Shown here piece after piece: positions 1-10,064 of a DNA stretch of 56,466 nt. The notes beneath the pieces are model-generated. The model was not told the origin of the DNA, searched no databases, and was given only the letters and a program-made list of their open reading frames with translations. A program made the translations under genes and the position numbers. Source of the DNA: a virus. Lineage: Duplodnaviria > Caudoviricetes. The first letter of the stretch is position 1; each line of letters begins with the position of its first letter. The DNA lies in the IMG/VR virus record IMGVR_UViG_3300027728_000001, positions 1 through 56,466 of that record, one strand, 5' to 3'.

Positions 1-91
1 CAGTCAGCGGCGGCACCACTATCGCCGGTGCAGTCCAAGATACGACTGCCTGAGCGTTGCCTGCCGTGGCAGTGACGCCCGTGGGGGCGGC
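1..91. repeat. 91-bp direct terminal repeat, copy 1 (circular assembly overlap)
   Basis: 1-91 is identical to 56376-56466; a CDS reads in frame through the join. Confidence 0.97.
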
Positions 92-2317
92 GGGCGTGAA
101 GAATTCCCAGCGTGCGTCGTCGCCGCCACCCCCAGGCCCAACCTCTGCGTACACACTGCCCGTCCACGCAAAGAGCCGGCCGGAATCGCTGGCGAGATAC
201 AGCGTTGCCGATGCACCAGTAGCAGGGAATCCAGCAGGGGTAGCAGCAGATACGACCGATGTGCCGCCTGCGACCGTCACCGCGCCTGTCGATCCATTAA
301 CGCTGGTCACAGGGCCGTACAGGGCTGCTTGGGTAGCAAAGTCGGTGATGGCCGATGCGGGGTGCGTGTGGGCTGTAGGCGTGCGGGAGTCACTGAGACG
401 GGCGTCCGTAGTTACCACAACTGCCGAGCCACCAACGGTCACCGCCCCCGCTGAAGAGACACGCAACCTCTCAACGCCGCCCGTACTGACAGCGATGGTG
501 TCAGCACTTGGGAAGAAAAGCCCTGTATTCGTATCGGTCAGCGATGTGACTGAAGGAGCCGCTGCCGTACCGGCTGGGCCGACTTGGAACGCTGTGCTGT
601 CAAACCGAAACCTTTCCGACCCACCCACAAAGAACTTGTGGTGCCCGTCGCCGGCTTGGTTGTACAGCATCGTCCGACCGGCCACGTAGTTGGTGATGTA
701 CAGATCACCCGCCGTGAGCTGCGACAACTGACCAGAGCCTGCCGCACCCGTGAGATTGAGGATCGCATCCGTGCCAGTGGAAATGGTGGTGATGCCAGTG
801 ACCGTGCCGCCAGTGATCGGCAGATAGGCAGTGGATGCCGCCGTGGCGATAGTCCCTAGCCCCAGAGTCGTTCGGCTCGTCGCCGCATCCGCATCATCCA
901 AGATGCTTCTGGCGAAGGCGGTGCAGGTGATTTCTTGGACGACACCCGCCCCCGCCGCAGAGCGACCTAAGATCCTGTCGGTAGCAGAGACGTCCTGGAG
1001 CTTGGCGTAGGTGACGGCGTTATTGTCAATCGTCCATGTCGCCCCAGTTCCCGAGACAGTGATGTCACCCTTGTCTCCATCCGTGACACCAGCCCCGCCT
1101 GCCGAGACGGTTACAGCCCCAGTGAGTCCGTTGACGCTGGTCACTGGCCCATACAACGCTGCTTGCGCAGCGAAGTCAGTGATCTGTGAAGCAGTGTGCG
1201 TATGCGTTGTGGGCACCCTTGCATCTGACAGACGCGCGTCGTTCCCTTGGCAAAAGCTCCCGGCTGCAGTGCCGAAAGTGCCAGCAGCCAGAACACCAGA
1301 GGTCGTCGTAATGATTGGGACGCCGGCCGTTGTCCCGATAGCGCCAGCGTTGGTCAGGTTGCCGTGCGTATGGGCTGTCGGAGTGCGGGCGTTGGTCAGG
1401 CGGGCATCTACGGTCAACACAACATTGGCAGAGAGCCTGGCGTCTGCAAGCGTGCCGGCCACCAAGTCTGTGGCGCTCGTAGTAGCTGCCGGGATCGCAG
1501 GCTTGTTGGTTAGGTCTACGTAGGAGCCCGTTGTCGCAACGCCCGCGAGCCCTGACACTTGGGCTGCAGTGTGGGTGTGCGTGGCAGGGGCATAGGAACC
1601 CGAAGCCTGCTTGCCATCCAAGGCCGTCTGCAAGTTCGTAATTTGCGATATTGCCAAAGCCAACGGGTCTGTGCCACCCGCAGCGTGCGTACCACTGTGT
1701 GCGTTTGGCGTGCGGGCATTTGTCAGGCGTGAGTCAGTCGTCAGAACCACGTTGGCTGAAAGGCGAGCGTCAGCGAGGGTGCCTGACACAACATCCGTGG
1801 CGGCATGGGTGTGCGACACAGGGGTGCGGGCGTCACTAAGCCTGGCATCACCCGTAAGCACCACGTTGGCAGAAAGCCTGGCGTCGGGCAGTGTGCCAGA
1901 GGTAATGTCTGTGGCAGGGTGGGCGTGCGCAGTCGGTGTGCGGGCGTTGGTGAGCCGCGCATCGCCTGTGAGGACGACATTGGCCGAGAGCCTCGCATCG
2001 GCCAGAGTTCCAGAGGTCAGGTTACTGGCATTCGTATTGACCGCAGGGGCCGCAGCAGCGACCGCCGCAGTGAAGTCCGACACCTGGCTGGCTTGGATAC
2101 TGATCGGGTCGCTTCCGCCGGCAGCGTGGTTCGCTCCATGCCCCGTTGTGTCGGCAGACTTATAGGGCAGTGAGTTCCAGCGGGTAAGACCGTCACCTAC
2201 CTTGCTGCGCCGGCTGTCTGTTTCGTAGCCCTCTTCACCCGCAAGCAACAATGGGTTCTTCGCCGCCCAGCGAGCAGCCGTTCCGCGTCGGAGTTGAACC
2301 CGCTGGTTGCCAGCCAT
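1..2317 (-). CDS. Tail fibre/receptor-binding protein, N-terminal part (about 1049 aa in total, continues across the junction to 55543); absent from the ORF track
   Basis: ATG at 2317 overlaps the upstream stop (TAATG). Translates MAGNQRVQLRRGTAARWAAKNPLLLAGEEGYETD..KVGDG (Mtd_N-like), then GTLADARLSANVVLT..DARL..RTP..HxH repeats. 3150 nt in frame to 55543. Confidence 0.88.
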   Translation of the reverse strand, partial: MAGNQRVQLRRGTAARWAAKNPLLLAGEEGYETDSRRSKVGDGLTRWNSLPYKSADTTGHGANHAAGGSDPISIQASQVSDFTAAVAAAAPAVNTNASNLTSGTLADARLSANVVLTGDARLTNARTPTAHAHPATDITSGTLPDARLSANVVLTGDARLSDARTPVSHTHAATDVVSGTLADARLSANVVLTTDSRLTNARTPNAHSGTHAAGGTDPLALAISQITNLQTALDGKQASGSYAPATHTHTAAQVSGLAGVATTGSYVDLTNKPAIPAATTSATDLVAGTLADARLSANVVLTVDARLTNARTPTAHTHGNLTNAGAIGTTAGVPIITTTSGVLAAGTFGTAAGSFCQGNDARLSDARVPTTHTHTASQITDFAAQAALYGPVTSVNGLTGAVTVSAGGAGVTDGDKGDITVSGTGATWTIDNNAVTYAKLQDVSATDRILGRSAAGAGVVQEITCTAFARSILDDADAATSRTTLGLGTIATAASTAYLPITGGTVTGITTISTGTDAILNLTGAAGSGQLSQLTAGDLYITNYVAGRTMLYNQAGDGHHKFFVGGSERFRFDSTAFQVGPAGTAAAPSVTSLTDTNTGLFFPSADTIAVSTGGVERLRVSSAGAVTVGGSAVVVTTDARLSDSRTPTAHTHPASAITDFATQAALYGPVTSVNGSTGAVTVAGGTSVVSAATPAGFPATGASATLYLASDSGRLFAWTGSVYAEVGPGGGGDDARWEFFTPAAPTGVTATAGNAQAVVSWTAPAIVVPPLT

Positions 2318-2850
2318 TAGCGCCCCTTTGCCCTGTAGGCGTGCTTCTCAATGACCTGCTCTCGCAACTCACCGACCTTAGCGCCGGGATTCAGTCGCTT
2401 GGCCTTCGCAACCTCTTCGTTAACGATTGTCTCGCTGATCAGCTTGCGCTTCGGAGGGGCAGGGCCTGGGTCGTAGTTGACCGTACCGGAGACAGTCAGA
2501 CGACGCTTGTGGGCCACCTGCAGGATGTCGTCGTTGCTAGACACCCATGCCGCCGGATCACACCAGCCCCGGTGGTCTGCAATGCCACCGCAATAATGCT
2601 TGCCCGAGATGCTGATCCCTGCCTTCTTGGCTTCAGCGGCTACGTACTTGGCCTGCTTAATGGGCATGTCGTTAAGCTGCTGGTTGTTCATTCTGCCTTC
2701 CATGTAAGCACGGTCGGTGCCGGAAGTGCCAGGAGGAGACTGAAGCGCGCACATCTCTGCGAACCGTGGGTCTTGGCCGTCCGCAATCATCTTGCGGTAG
2801 TGCGACTGAACGGCGTGCGATGCGAGGTAGATAGACTGCGGGAGTTCCAT
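2317..2850 (-). CDS. Hypothetical protein downstream of portal
   Basis: 177-aa ORF tightly packed between portal and fibre. Confidence 0.75.
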   Translation of the reverse strand: MELPQSIYLASHAVQSHYRKMIADGQDPRFAEMCALQSPPGTSGTDRAYMEGRMNNQQLNDMPIKQAKYVAAEAKKAGISISGKHYCGGIADHRGWCDPAAWVSSNDDILQVAHKRRLTVSGTVNYDPGPAPPKRKLISETIVNEEVAKAKRLNPGAKVGELREQVIEKHAYRAKGR

Positions 2851-2853
2851 AGA

Positions 2854-4824
2854 TCACTGTCCTTCGGGGGGAGGAGGTGGGCCTTCGGGCGGCGGTGGTG
2901 GAGGTGGTGGCACCATGTACCGCGTGACATCGACGTTCATAGCCTTGCCCCAGTCTTCCAAGAGCGCGTTGAACAGCTCTGGGCGACCGGCCTGGAGCAA
3001 GCCCTGACTGATCGGGGCCATAATCTGCATGGCCTGCGTGATGTTTTCGATGCGTGTCGAATTGTTTGGCTTACGCGCTGAGCCAGCTTCCACGCGGTAG
3101 CTGTACTCACGCACTACCGACTCTGGGTCTTCGCCCTGTACGTGCATCTGCCAAGCCTGTGCAGCCATCGGGCCAAGCAGCGGAGCAACGTCCTGTGGGT
3201 TGATGAGCCACCTCGCCAGGAGCGCTTCCTTGCGGGCGCAGAGCGACAGGGCGTCTTCCAATATATTTGCGTAATCGTCAGGCCTGACCGAAATCTGCTC
3301 AGCCTTCACGGTCGCTTCTGCAGCCGACCTAAACTGATTTCTGGTCATCCCGTAAATGAGTTCTGTCAATCCGACTCTGCGATCAAACAGATCCGTGACC
3401 TCGCTGATGATCTGGTACATGTCCGATGACACACCCGGCATAGTGAACACCGAGATCACATCGTTGACCGACCGGCCGATGGCTTCAGCAATCTCCACCA
3501 CCTTAAAGCCGCCTTCGTCCTTCTCTAGGATCTTGGCTTTGAGGTTTTCGTCAGCAGACTTCGCTACACCGATCAGCACCTGCGAGCTAGTCGCAATGCG
3601 GGTTGCCAAGAACGACATCGCCCAATTAATAAATCGCAGCTCTCCGATCCCCGGACGGATCAGCGAGATCGGCCAGCTATAGCCCGGCTTGCCATGCCAG
3701 GCGAGCGGAGTGAACGGCCAGCCGTTGGGTTCTGCCCAGAAGGGGATCGGCCACTGTGCTGCTAGGAACATCCCTTGCGAGACACCTGTCTCATCGACTT
3801 CTTCTTGGAGAAGGGCTTCGGGCATGTTGAGCGGGTAGTCAATCCCCTCTGCCACAGCGAGGTAGCAGTTGGGGCCGAAGGCGTCGAACTTGCCACGCAG
3901 CTCTTTGTCGGCATCTTTCAGCCGGTCGCCAAACCCGCTCTTGGAATAGACCTCCCAGTAGCACAGGAGATCGTTGCTCTTGCCCAGCTTCCGCTTGTAC
4001 TCCTGGCCTCGCTCACCCGCATCGGCACGGGATGCGTAGCTCTCCATGTGGCCCTGGAGCTGCTCACGGGATAGGCCAAACTTCGCAGCCACCTCATCGA
4101 CGGGTTGAATGCGCTTCCGTGCGGCCCAGCGAATGTCCTCATACTCATCTGCGTCCGGATCCCAGACGAGATTGTCGATGGTGTCATAGAAGCTCCCGGC
4201 CATCTTCACCGTAGCACCGGGTGGAGAATAAAGCTCATGCCACCAGACGCCAGCACCTTTGATGAACGCTTCTTCTACGACCTTGCGGCTGTGCTTCTTC
4301 AGATCCAACTCATTCGGCGTGTAGTTGAGATAATCCTCCAAGAGCTTGGAGACGAGCTTGCGGCGTTCCAGCATCATCTGCTGGTCTTGCAGGCCCTGCT
4401 GGTACATCTGCATCTGGGGGTCGGGCATCATCACCATCTGGCCGTCTGGGCCGATGATCGGCTGGCCATCTGGCCCCATGGCCGGCACGGGAGGCTGCGG
4501 CATAATCCCCAGCATCTCAGCCCCAATGATCGGGTACTCTTTCGGAGTCACCGTTCTAGCGGGGTTGCGATGGTGGATGACCGCTGTGAACAGCCGCACA
4601 GCCTCCCACACCCGGTTGACCTGCATGCGGAATGCCGGGGGGGACATTCCTTTGTTGTAGCCGCGTTCCCCGCGGGCATACCCATCCTGCCACATAAAGT
4701 CTGGGTCGCCGGCAAAGAAGTTCATCGCCTCATCGGCGTCTGCCTGGAACGGACGCTTGTGCGTCTGCGCTTGCTTAATGCACTCTAACCAGCGTTTGAC
4801 TATGGGGCGAAGCGGTTTTTCCAT
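2854..4824 (-). CDS. Portal protein (P22/podovirus-like)
   Basis: 656 aa, follows terminase, AGGAG RBS, portal-like NLVWDPDA..RWAA and SAAEA..AEQ segments, Pro-rich tail. Confidence 0.8.
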   Translation of the reverse strand: MEKPLRPIVKRWLECIKQAQTHKRPFQADADEAMNFFAGDPDFMWQDGYARGERGYNKGMSPPAFRMQVNRVWEAVRLFTAVIHHRNPARTVTPKEYPIIGAEMLGIMPQPPVPAMGPDGQPIIGPDGQMVMMPDPQMQMYQQGLQDQQMMLERRKLVSKLLEDYLNYTPNELDLKKHSRKVVEEAFIKGAGVWWHELYSPPGATVKMAGSFYDTIDNLVWDPDADEYEDIRWAARKRIQPVDEVAAKFGLSREQLQGHMESYASRADAGERGQEYKRKLGKSNDLLCYWEVYSKSGFGDRLKDADKELRGKFDAFGPNCYLAVAEGIDYPLNMPEALLQEEVDETGVSQGMFLAAQWPIPFWAEPNGWPFTPLAWHGKPGYSWPISLIRPGIGELRFINWAMSFLATRIATSSQVLIGVAKSADENLKAKILEKDEGGFKVVEIAEAIGRSVNDVISVFTMPGVSSDMYQIISEVTDLFDRRVGLTELIYGMTRNQFRSAAEATVKAEQISVRPDDYANILEDALSLCARKEALLARWLINPQDVAPLLGPMAAQAWQMHVQGEDPESVVREYSYRVEAGSARKPNNSTRIENITQAMQIMAPISQGLLQAGRPELFNALLEDWGKAMNVDVTRYMVPPPPPPPPEGPPPPPEGQ

Positions 4825-4850
4825 GCAGGACTCCTATTAGCCAGTGTCCC

Positions 4851-5171
4851 TTAGCGGGGTTTCCGGGCCTCAATCTCGGCTACCTTCTTTTCCAGCAGGG
4901 CGACCTTCTCGGCCAGGATGGCGTTTTTCTGGGGCTTGTACTCCCAGAATCCATACTCAGCCCAGGCTGGGAACTGCTCCACACCCGGATCGGTGGTGTG
5001 ATGCACGCTGGCTTTCTCAGTCCCGCCATAGCCCGGGGACACGGCCCACAGGGTCAGCGTCCGTGACGAAACCCTTGTCACCATCGCTGGCACGGCGTCC
5101 GCACCGGCATGTACCCGGAACAACACCCAGTCGCCCACTTCGGCTACCGGCATTACATAACTATCGCTCAT
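4851..5171 (-). CDS. Hypothetical protein
   Basis: 106 aa, ATGA overlap with terL. Confidence 0.7.
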   Translation of the reverse strand: MSDSYVMPVAEVGDWVLFRVHAGADAVPAMVTRVSSRTLTLWAVSPGYGGTEKASVHHTTDPGVEQFPAWAEYGFWEYKPQKNAILAEKVALLEKKVAEIEARKPR

Positions 5172-6841
5172 CGTCTGCTCCCCATAGGCCCAAGAATAAT
5201 GCAGGAGTCATCGGACTTCTGCTCTCTGCGGCGTTTATCCGCAAGATACTTAACCCACCAAGGATCTGGGCCATGCGTCTTTGGTGGGCTGTGATAATCT
5301 GGCTCATAGGCACAGAGGTATTCGACCGACTGAACGGCATGCACTTCGCCCCGTGTCTGCGGTTCGTCGGTGACATATACCTGGCCGTTGACGTTTGTGG
5401 TCTTCTTGCGGTAGCGGCGAATCTCCCGCATTAGATTAGGGCAGGAGCCCTCCAAGAACTTCAGCCCCACGCTCCCGTCGCCGCGGATGTGCAGCATCTG
5501 CCTTACTAGGGCAGTGCGGGCGCGGATGTCATCTGATCCGGGGATAAACCCATGCCCGCTGAGCTGGGCACGTATGCCTCTCTTCTTTAGCTCTTCGGAA
5601 TAAAGCTCATGGGGGAGACGACCGGAGCCCAAGTCCCGCAGCATGCCACCGTGCATGTCGATGATGAAGTTGTAGAAGTGCTGACCATCTGCCTTCTGAG
5701 CAAACTGTTCGCCAAAGATCAATGCGTTGGCTTGGCGGATATACAACTCATCATAGATCAGCAGGTACTTCTCATCGGGAGGGACAGCACCAAACACGCA
5801 CGCCAAGACGGTGTGCCCCGGGTCAATCGCTACGTACCGCGTCCAGTTCTGTGGTACTTGGCCAGCGGGTAGATCCTCTCTCCGCAGTACATGCACCGCA
5901 GGATTGAAGGTCGGATACATAAGCGTGGACTCTGTGGTGAACTCGCCCTCCGCTCGCATGCGAAGCTCGTCCACTCCCAAGGCAGACCACCGCTCAATGT
6001 TCTTCTGCTTTTCCTCTTGGTCGATGTGGGCGTTATCCAGAAACCGCAGGGTGAACTTCTTAATAATCGGGCATGGCTGTTCTTCCGCTTTCTCTGCACG
6101 TTCACACAACCCCAGCAACGCATCGTTTTTACTATGTGGCATAGCCGACCAAACGAACCGGCCTTTGCGGTCTGCGAGCCTAGCCTGCATCTCACCCACC
6201 CAACGCTCATTGTTAATATCCTCGTCAATATGTACCAAATCGGCCTGAAAACCTTGCGGAGGCTCACCTTCTGAGGAGAAACAATTAATAGTCCAGCCGT
6301 TCGTAAGCTCTGCCTTGTTGAGGTATCCGGCGTTCTTCAGCACCCAACTCATATCCTTAATCATCCGCGGAGGGATCAGCGGTGGGGCGGGCTTAGCTTT
6401 AGTCGGATCGTCTATGCCGGGGCGGAAGGCTCGCCACTGGCCCGTCTCCAGATCGCGGATGATTTTGAAGGCACCAGCACGGAAGAGCATCGGAACAACC
6501 ACTAGGCCAATGTGTGGCCAGTTACGCCCGATGATTACTAGGTTGCCGTTTTCTTTGGGATACTTTCCGTACGGGTCTTGTCCTGTGGCGGCGCGGGCGT
6601 CTTCGATGAAGCTTGCGGCCGACTTCCCTGAGCGATTTCCGCCGATGAGCAATCGCTCGCTGACCATGCAGCGATGGAACTCTTCCTGCTTCTCCATCGG
6701 GACATAGAGCTTCAGGGCTTCTAGCCGGCGATCCGCCAGCTCCACCTGCACCTCACGCAACTGCGAGATCGCATGCTGAGTGAGATGCGGAGCGGGAGCG
6801 TCAGGGATTGGCGGCGTTGGTCGCTTGGGATGCTTTCTCAT
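5168..6841 (-). CDS. terL: Terminase large subunit
   Basis: Q motif (KQEEFH), Walker A GGNRSGKS, Walker B VHIDED, nuclease AIDPG. Confidence 0.93.
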   Translation of the reverse strand: MRKHPKRPTPPIPDAPAPHLTQHAISQLREVQVELADRRLEALKLYVPMEKQEEFHRCMVSERLLIGGNRSGKSAASFIEDARAATGQDPYGKYPKENGNLVIIGRNWPHIGLVVVPMLFRAGAFKIIRDLETGQWRAFRPGIDDPTKAKPAPPLIPPRMIKDMSWVLKNAGYLNKAELTNGWTINCFSSEGEPPQGFQADLVHIDEDINNERWVGEMQARLADRKGRFVWSAMPHSKNDALLGLCERAEKAEEQPCPIIKKFTLRFLDNAHIDQEEKQKNIERWSALGVDELRMRAEGEFTTESTLMYPTFNPAVHVLRREDLPAGQVPQNWTRYVAIDPGHTVLACVFGAVPPDEKYLLIYDELYIRQANALIFGEQFAQKADGQHFYNFIIDMHGGMLRDLGSGRLPHELYSEELKKRGIRAQLSGHGFIPGSDDIRARTALVRQMLHIRGDGSVGLKFLEGSCPNLMREIRRYRKKTTNVNGQVYVTDEPQTRGEVHAVQSVEYLCAYEPDYHSPPKTHGPDPWWVKYLADKRRREQKSDDSCIILGPMGSRR

Positions 6842-6992
6842 ACGGGTGGTGTTCCCCGCAGCCCTGGCTCTTGTCCACTAGCGGGAACTCCCACGCTGTC
6901 GCTCTCGGCTGCGGGGGGAATCTCCGACACTCCCCCACCCATGCCTGCGGGCGGTTCGGGGTGAAATACTGGCACGTTTCGCACTGCTTCAC
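6801..6992 (-). CDS. Small Cys-rich metal-binding protein, overlapped by both neighbours
   Basis: CxxCxYF..GECRRFPP..FP.V....CGEH pattern; GGAGG RBS before GTG. Confidence 0.65.
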   Translation of the reverse strand: MKQCETCQYFTPNRPQAWVGECRRFPPQPRATAWEFPLVDKSQGCGEHHPYEKASQATNAANP

Positions 6993-7506
6993 TCTTGGCC
7001 TCCAGTCTTACGGGCTTGCCATCTACCTGCATAGAAAGTGCCGCGGCGAGAACGTCACGCCGGTACTGCGCCTCTAGCTCTTCTTCAGTCATCAGATCCA
7101 AGGGCTTCTTGGAACCACCCATTGCCGTGTTGTTGACGATCAGACGCATCACGCTGTCTAGCTGCTTCGTACGGAAAGCGCCACCGGCAGGAGCGTCAAA
7201 GAACTGCTTCATAAACGCCCCGGCGAATCCATCAGTGCCACCGAAGTACCGCATCAACACTTCTAGGAGTTCGGAAGAATGGGGGATGTTGGCGCCACCC
7301 AGCCGAGACGATGCGATAAACAGATCCACCGCCCCACGTTCGATCTCGTCTAGCTTCCGATTGCGCTTCCCATTACGCACCTTCTTTTCATGGGCATTGC
7401 GGCACTTCCGACAGCGAGCGTGAAACCCGTCTTTGCTCTTATGCCAATTGGTTGGCGTCAGTTCGTAGCTGTGCCCACACTGGATGCAGGCCTTAAGGTT
7501 CGACAT
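6838..7506 (-). CDS. Zn-ribbon protein, candidate terminase small subunit
   Basis: N-terminal CxxC..CxxC; directly upstream of and coupled to terL. Confidence 0.55.
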   Translation of the reverse strand: MSNLKACIQCGHSYELTPTNWHKSKDGFHARCRKCRNAHEKKVRNGKRNRKLDEIERGAVDLFIASSRLGGANIPHSSELLEVLMRYFGGTDGFAGAFMKQFFDAPAGGAFRTKQLDSVMRLIVNNTAMGGSKKPLDLMTEEELEAQYRRDVLAAALSMQVDGKPVRLEAKSEAVRNVPVFHPEPPAGMGGGVSEIPPAAESDSVGVPASGQEPGLRGTPPV

Positions 7507-8377
7507 GGGTCGGCTTCACCGTCCAGTTAGGTCGGAGATCCATCAGCTTCACACCGTTGTCATAGCCGCTCTGCCAGCACTGCTTCAGCTTGGCACTGAC
7601 ATCTACGGCTTGGATCACCTGTGGCTTGCCGACGCACTTGGGCTTCCAATGACCAGCCCATGCATCCCAGTTACAGAACACCGGGTTGTAGCCCAGCTTC
7701 TGCGTGCCCGTGAGAGACAGGTCACGGGTCATCGTCACATCCTCAGTGGATGCCTTTTCAGCTTGGTACTTGTCGGGGTACTCATAGTAGAACCAAGGCT
7801 TGTCTTCTTCGGTCTGCGGTTCGGTGATGTCAAAAGCCCGCATGTCATACATAATCAAACCCGTTGGCAGGGCTGCGCATTCTTGGATGCCCGCCATCTT
7901 GGCGCCAGTGTCACGGTCGATCATCTCCAGCCGAAAGTCTGGGTTGGCGTTGTGCGACTGCTGGGCCTGCCAGCGGAAGACGTACACGCTCTCATTGGGT
8001 GGCGGGCCGCAGTAGGGGGCACCAATCACCACCGGCCCCTTGGCGTAGTGGGCCACCAAGAAGTCAAAGGACGATTCAATGAACGGCTTAGTGTGTTCTT
8101 CGCCAGCGTACAGATCCGGCTTCATATCCGAATCCACCATCACCAAGATGTCTACCCCGTACTCCCGGGCCATCAACACGGACTTGTTCCGAGTCATAGT
8201 AATGGGAGTGTCAGAGAGGTTCCATACTCGCACATCAAAGATCCGTGGATCCTGAGTGAGCGTGGAGATGGTCGGAATCATCCATTCACGGATGTCTGGC
8301 ACTTCCGATGAAATGCCGCCGTTGCCACCGTAAGAAAACGTGCAGAAGCCGACACTAAATTTCTGCTGCATAAACAC
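7493..8377 (-). CDS. GT-A fold (family 2-like) glycosyltransferase
   Basis: TRN..V..A...D.LVMVDSD (DxD), TGLIMY, TED motifs; true start probably ATG at 8371. Confidence 0.7.
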   Translation of the reverse strand: MFMQQKFSVGFCTFSYGGNGGISSEVPDIREWMIPTISTLTQDPRIFDVRVWNLSDTPITMTRNKSVLMAREYGVDILVMVDSDMKPDLYAGEEHTKPFIESSFDFLVAHYAKGPVVIGAPYCGPPPNESVYVFRWQAQQSHNANPDFRLEMIDRDTGAKMAGIQECAALPTGLIMYDMRAFDITEPQTEEDKPWFYYEYPDKYQAEKASTEDVTMTRDLSLTGTQKLGYNPVFCNWDAWAGHWKPKCVGKPQVIQAVDVSAKLKQCWQSGYDNGVKLMDLRPNWTVKPTHVEP

Positions 8378-8395
8378 CTCGGGGGTAGGTGTACA

Positions 8396-8424
8396 AGTTT
8401 ACACTTTGTGCAATCTTCTGTCAA
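8396..8424 (-). promoter_or_regulatory. Sigma70-type promoter for the glycosyltransferase-terminase genes
   Basis: TTGACA-17 bp-TAAACT on the minus strand. Confidence 0.7.
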
Positions 8425-10064
8425 CGCCAGGCATACGATTGGCGAGGGGCGGTTCCGCGCCGCGCGGGTTGAGCTTTGCCCTTGTTCGGCGCCTTCCCTT
8501 GGCCGGGATACACTGCGTCAGTGAGAGCCGCGGGCGGTGCCTTGCCGGGATTCGCCTTCACCCATCGCTGCACTTGGAAGTACTGCTTCATCGCCGCGAC
8601 GTTCTCGGGCGTGTCGGTGCCGTTGTCGTAAAGATCATTTTGAGCCCGTTGCTCCTGCTCCCTCATCCGCTTCTCCGCTAGCTGAGCCGGCGTGTCTTGT
8701 GTGAATATTTGGCCAGTCACGGGGTCGTAGTCCGAAAAAGGAACCATGTCGGTGTATGGTCGCCGGGTAGGCTGTTTCGGTGCCCCTTCAGCTACCGGCA
8801 GTTGGATGTTGTTCTTGGCGCGGTATTCTGCCGCCTTCTTTTTATTGTTAAGCTCCGACTGGATCGGATCTGGGACGGGCGCCAACTGCGACCGTGGAGC
8901 GGAGGGGTCGTAGGGCGTGCCTTGCGACTGCTCTGGCCTCGGCTGGGCCGCACCGGGCGACATTGCTCCTTCGCTGGGGCGAGTTGGGGTCGCTTGGGCG
9001 GGCCGGCGGGGGTTGCGGGGATCGTCGTAGGCGCGGATGCCATCCGATGTCCACGCGCCCGCAGGCCGCAGGCGAGCGGTTGGGGATGGGCTTTGGGCTG
9101 GGCGAGACGGCGCAGGGGCGTTGTCATCGGTCGGACCGTACGGCTTAGTGTAGTCTGGGCGGGGCGGGGCGTTGAATACGGGAGCGAATTCCACCGGAGT
9201 TAGTCTGGCCGGGCTGTCGGGGCCGTAGGCCATGTCGTCTCCAAGCCCGTTGTAGCTTTGCTGATCCCAAGACGGCATGGGGTTGTTGGCTTGCTGGCTA
9301 TCGCCAAACGGGTTCTGAAAGCTGCCCTGCATGTACTGGTTGGCATTCCCCATTGCTCGCTGAACGTCTGGGTTCTGCCCCGCACCGTAGCCTTGGAACG
9401 TGCTGTCGCCGTAGGGCACCTGTTGACTGAAGCTCCCGGCCGACGGCGGCGTCGGCGCGCGCTGCGAAACTGCGGCTTGCGAGAATGGGTTGTTGAAACT
9501 ACCATCCGCCACTCGCTCGTTGGCTTGGTTGAGGATTTGCCTTGGGTTAATGTCCGGTCGGCCCGTTTGTGCGCCGCTTTGATACTGACCCAGTCTCTCC
9601 ACCAGCCCACCCGTAAACGCTTCACGCTGACTGAGGGCGTCCTGCCACGGCATGGCAGAGCCGTCGATGCCAGTAGCGCTGGCTTGGATCGGGCCGGGAC
9701 GGTTATCAATGGCGTTGTATGCCATGTTGCCGTCAAAGCTCTGCTGCGTCTGAGGCTCGGAGTACTGGCCGGTCGCAGGGTTCAGACTGCGGCTCGTCCT
9801 TGTACCCGGCATGGTGTAGGACGTTGCGCGGTTTGGGCTCCCGGTCTGCTTAGAGGCTTGGTTGTATGCCTGGGCGAAGACTTGGTTCGACGGCACCCGG
9901 CCAGACAGGTCGTTCCGCCTCGCACCGGCAGGGGGCCGCATGCTGGGGAGGGCCTGGCCACCTGCGGCGGGAGGTGTTCGACCGACATTCCGCCAGTCGC
10001 CCGGGGAGCCACCAGCGAACTGAGTGTCTGGGGGAGTTGCGTTCGGGCGGTAGCCAAAGGCCAT
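8421..10064 (-). CDS. Pro/Gln/Gly-rich hypothetical protein, probably virion-associated
   Basis: 547 aa, low complexity, TAATG coupling. Confidence 0.7.
   Translation of the reverse strand: MAFGYRPNATPPDTQFAGGSPGDWRNVGRTPPAAGGQALPSMRPPAGARRNDLSGRVPSNQVFAQAYNQASKQTGSPNRATSYTMPGTRTSRSLNPATGQYSEPQTQQSFDGNMAYNAIDNRPGPIQASATGIDGSAMPWQDALSQREAFTGGLVERLGQYQSGAQTGRPDINPRQILNQANERVADGSFNNPFSQAAVSQRAPTPPSAGSFSQQVPYGDSTFQGYGAGQNPDVQRAMGNANQYMQGSFQNPFGDSQQANNPMPSWDQQSYNGLGDDMAYGPDSPARLTPVEFAPVFNAPPRPDYTKPYGPTDDNAPAPSRPAQSPSPTARLRPAGAWTSDGIRAYDDPRNPRRPAQATPTRPSEGAMSPGAAQPRPEQSQGTPYDPSAPRSQLAPVPDPIQSELNNKKKAAEYRAKNNIQLPVAEGAPKQPTRRPYTDMVPFSDYDPVTGQIFTQDTPAQLAEKRMREQEQRAQNDLYDNGTDTPENVAAMKQYFQVQRWVKANPGKAPPAALTDAVYPGQGKAPNKGKAQPARRGTAPRQSYAWR

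Noticed and set aside
1-2317. Diversity-generating retroelement suggested by the Mtd_N-like domain
   Set aside because: No reverse transcriptase and no TR/VR pair differing at adenines were seen; the C-terminus is FN3/LamG.
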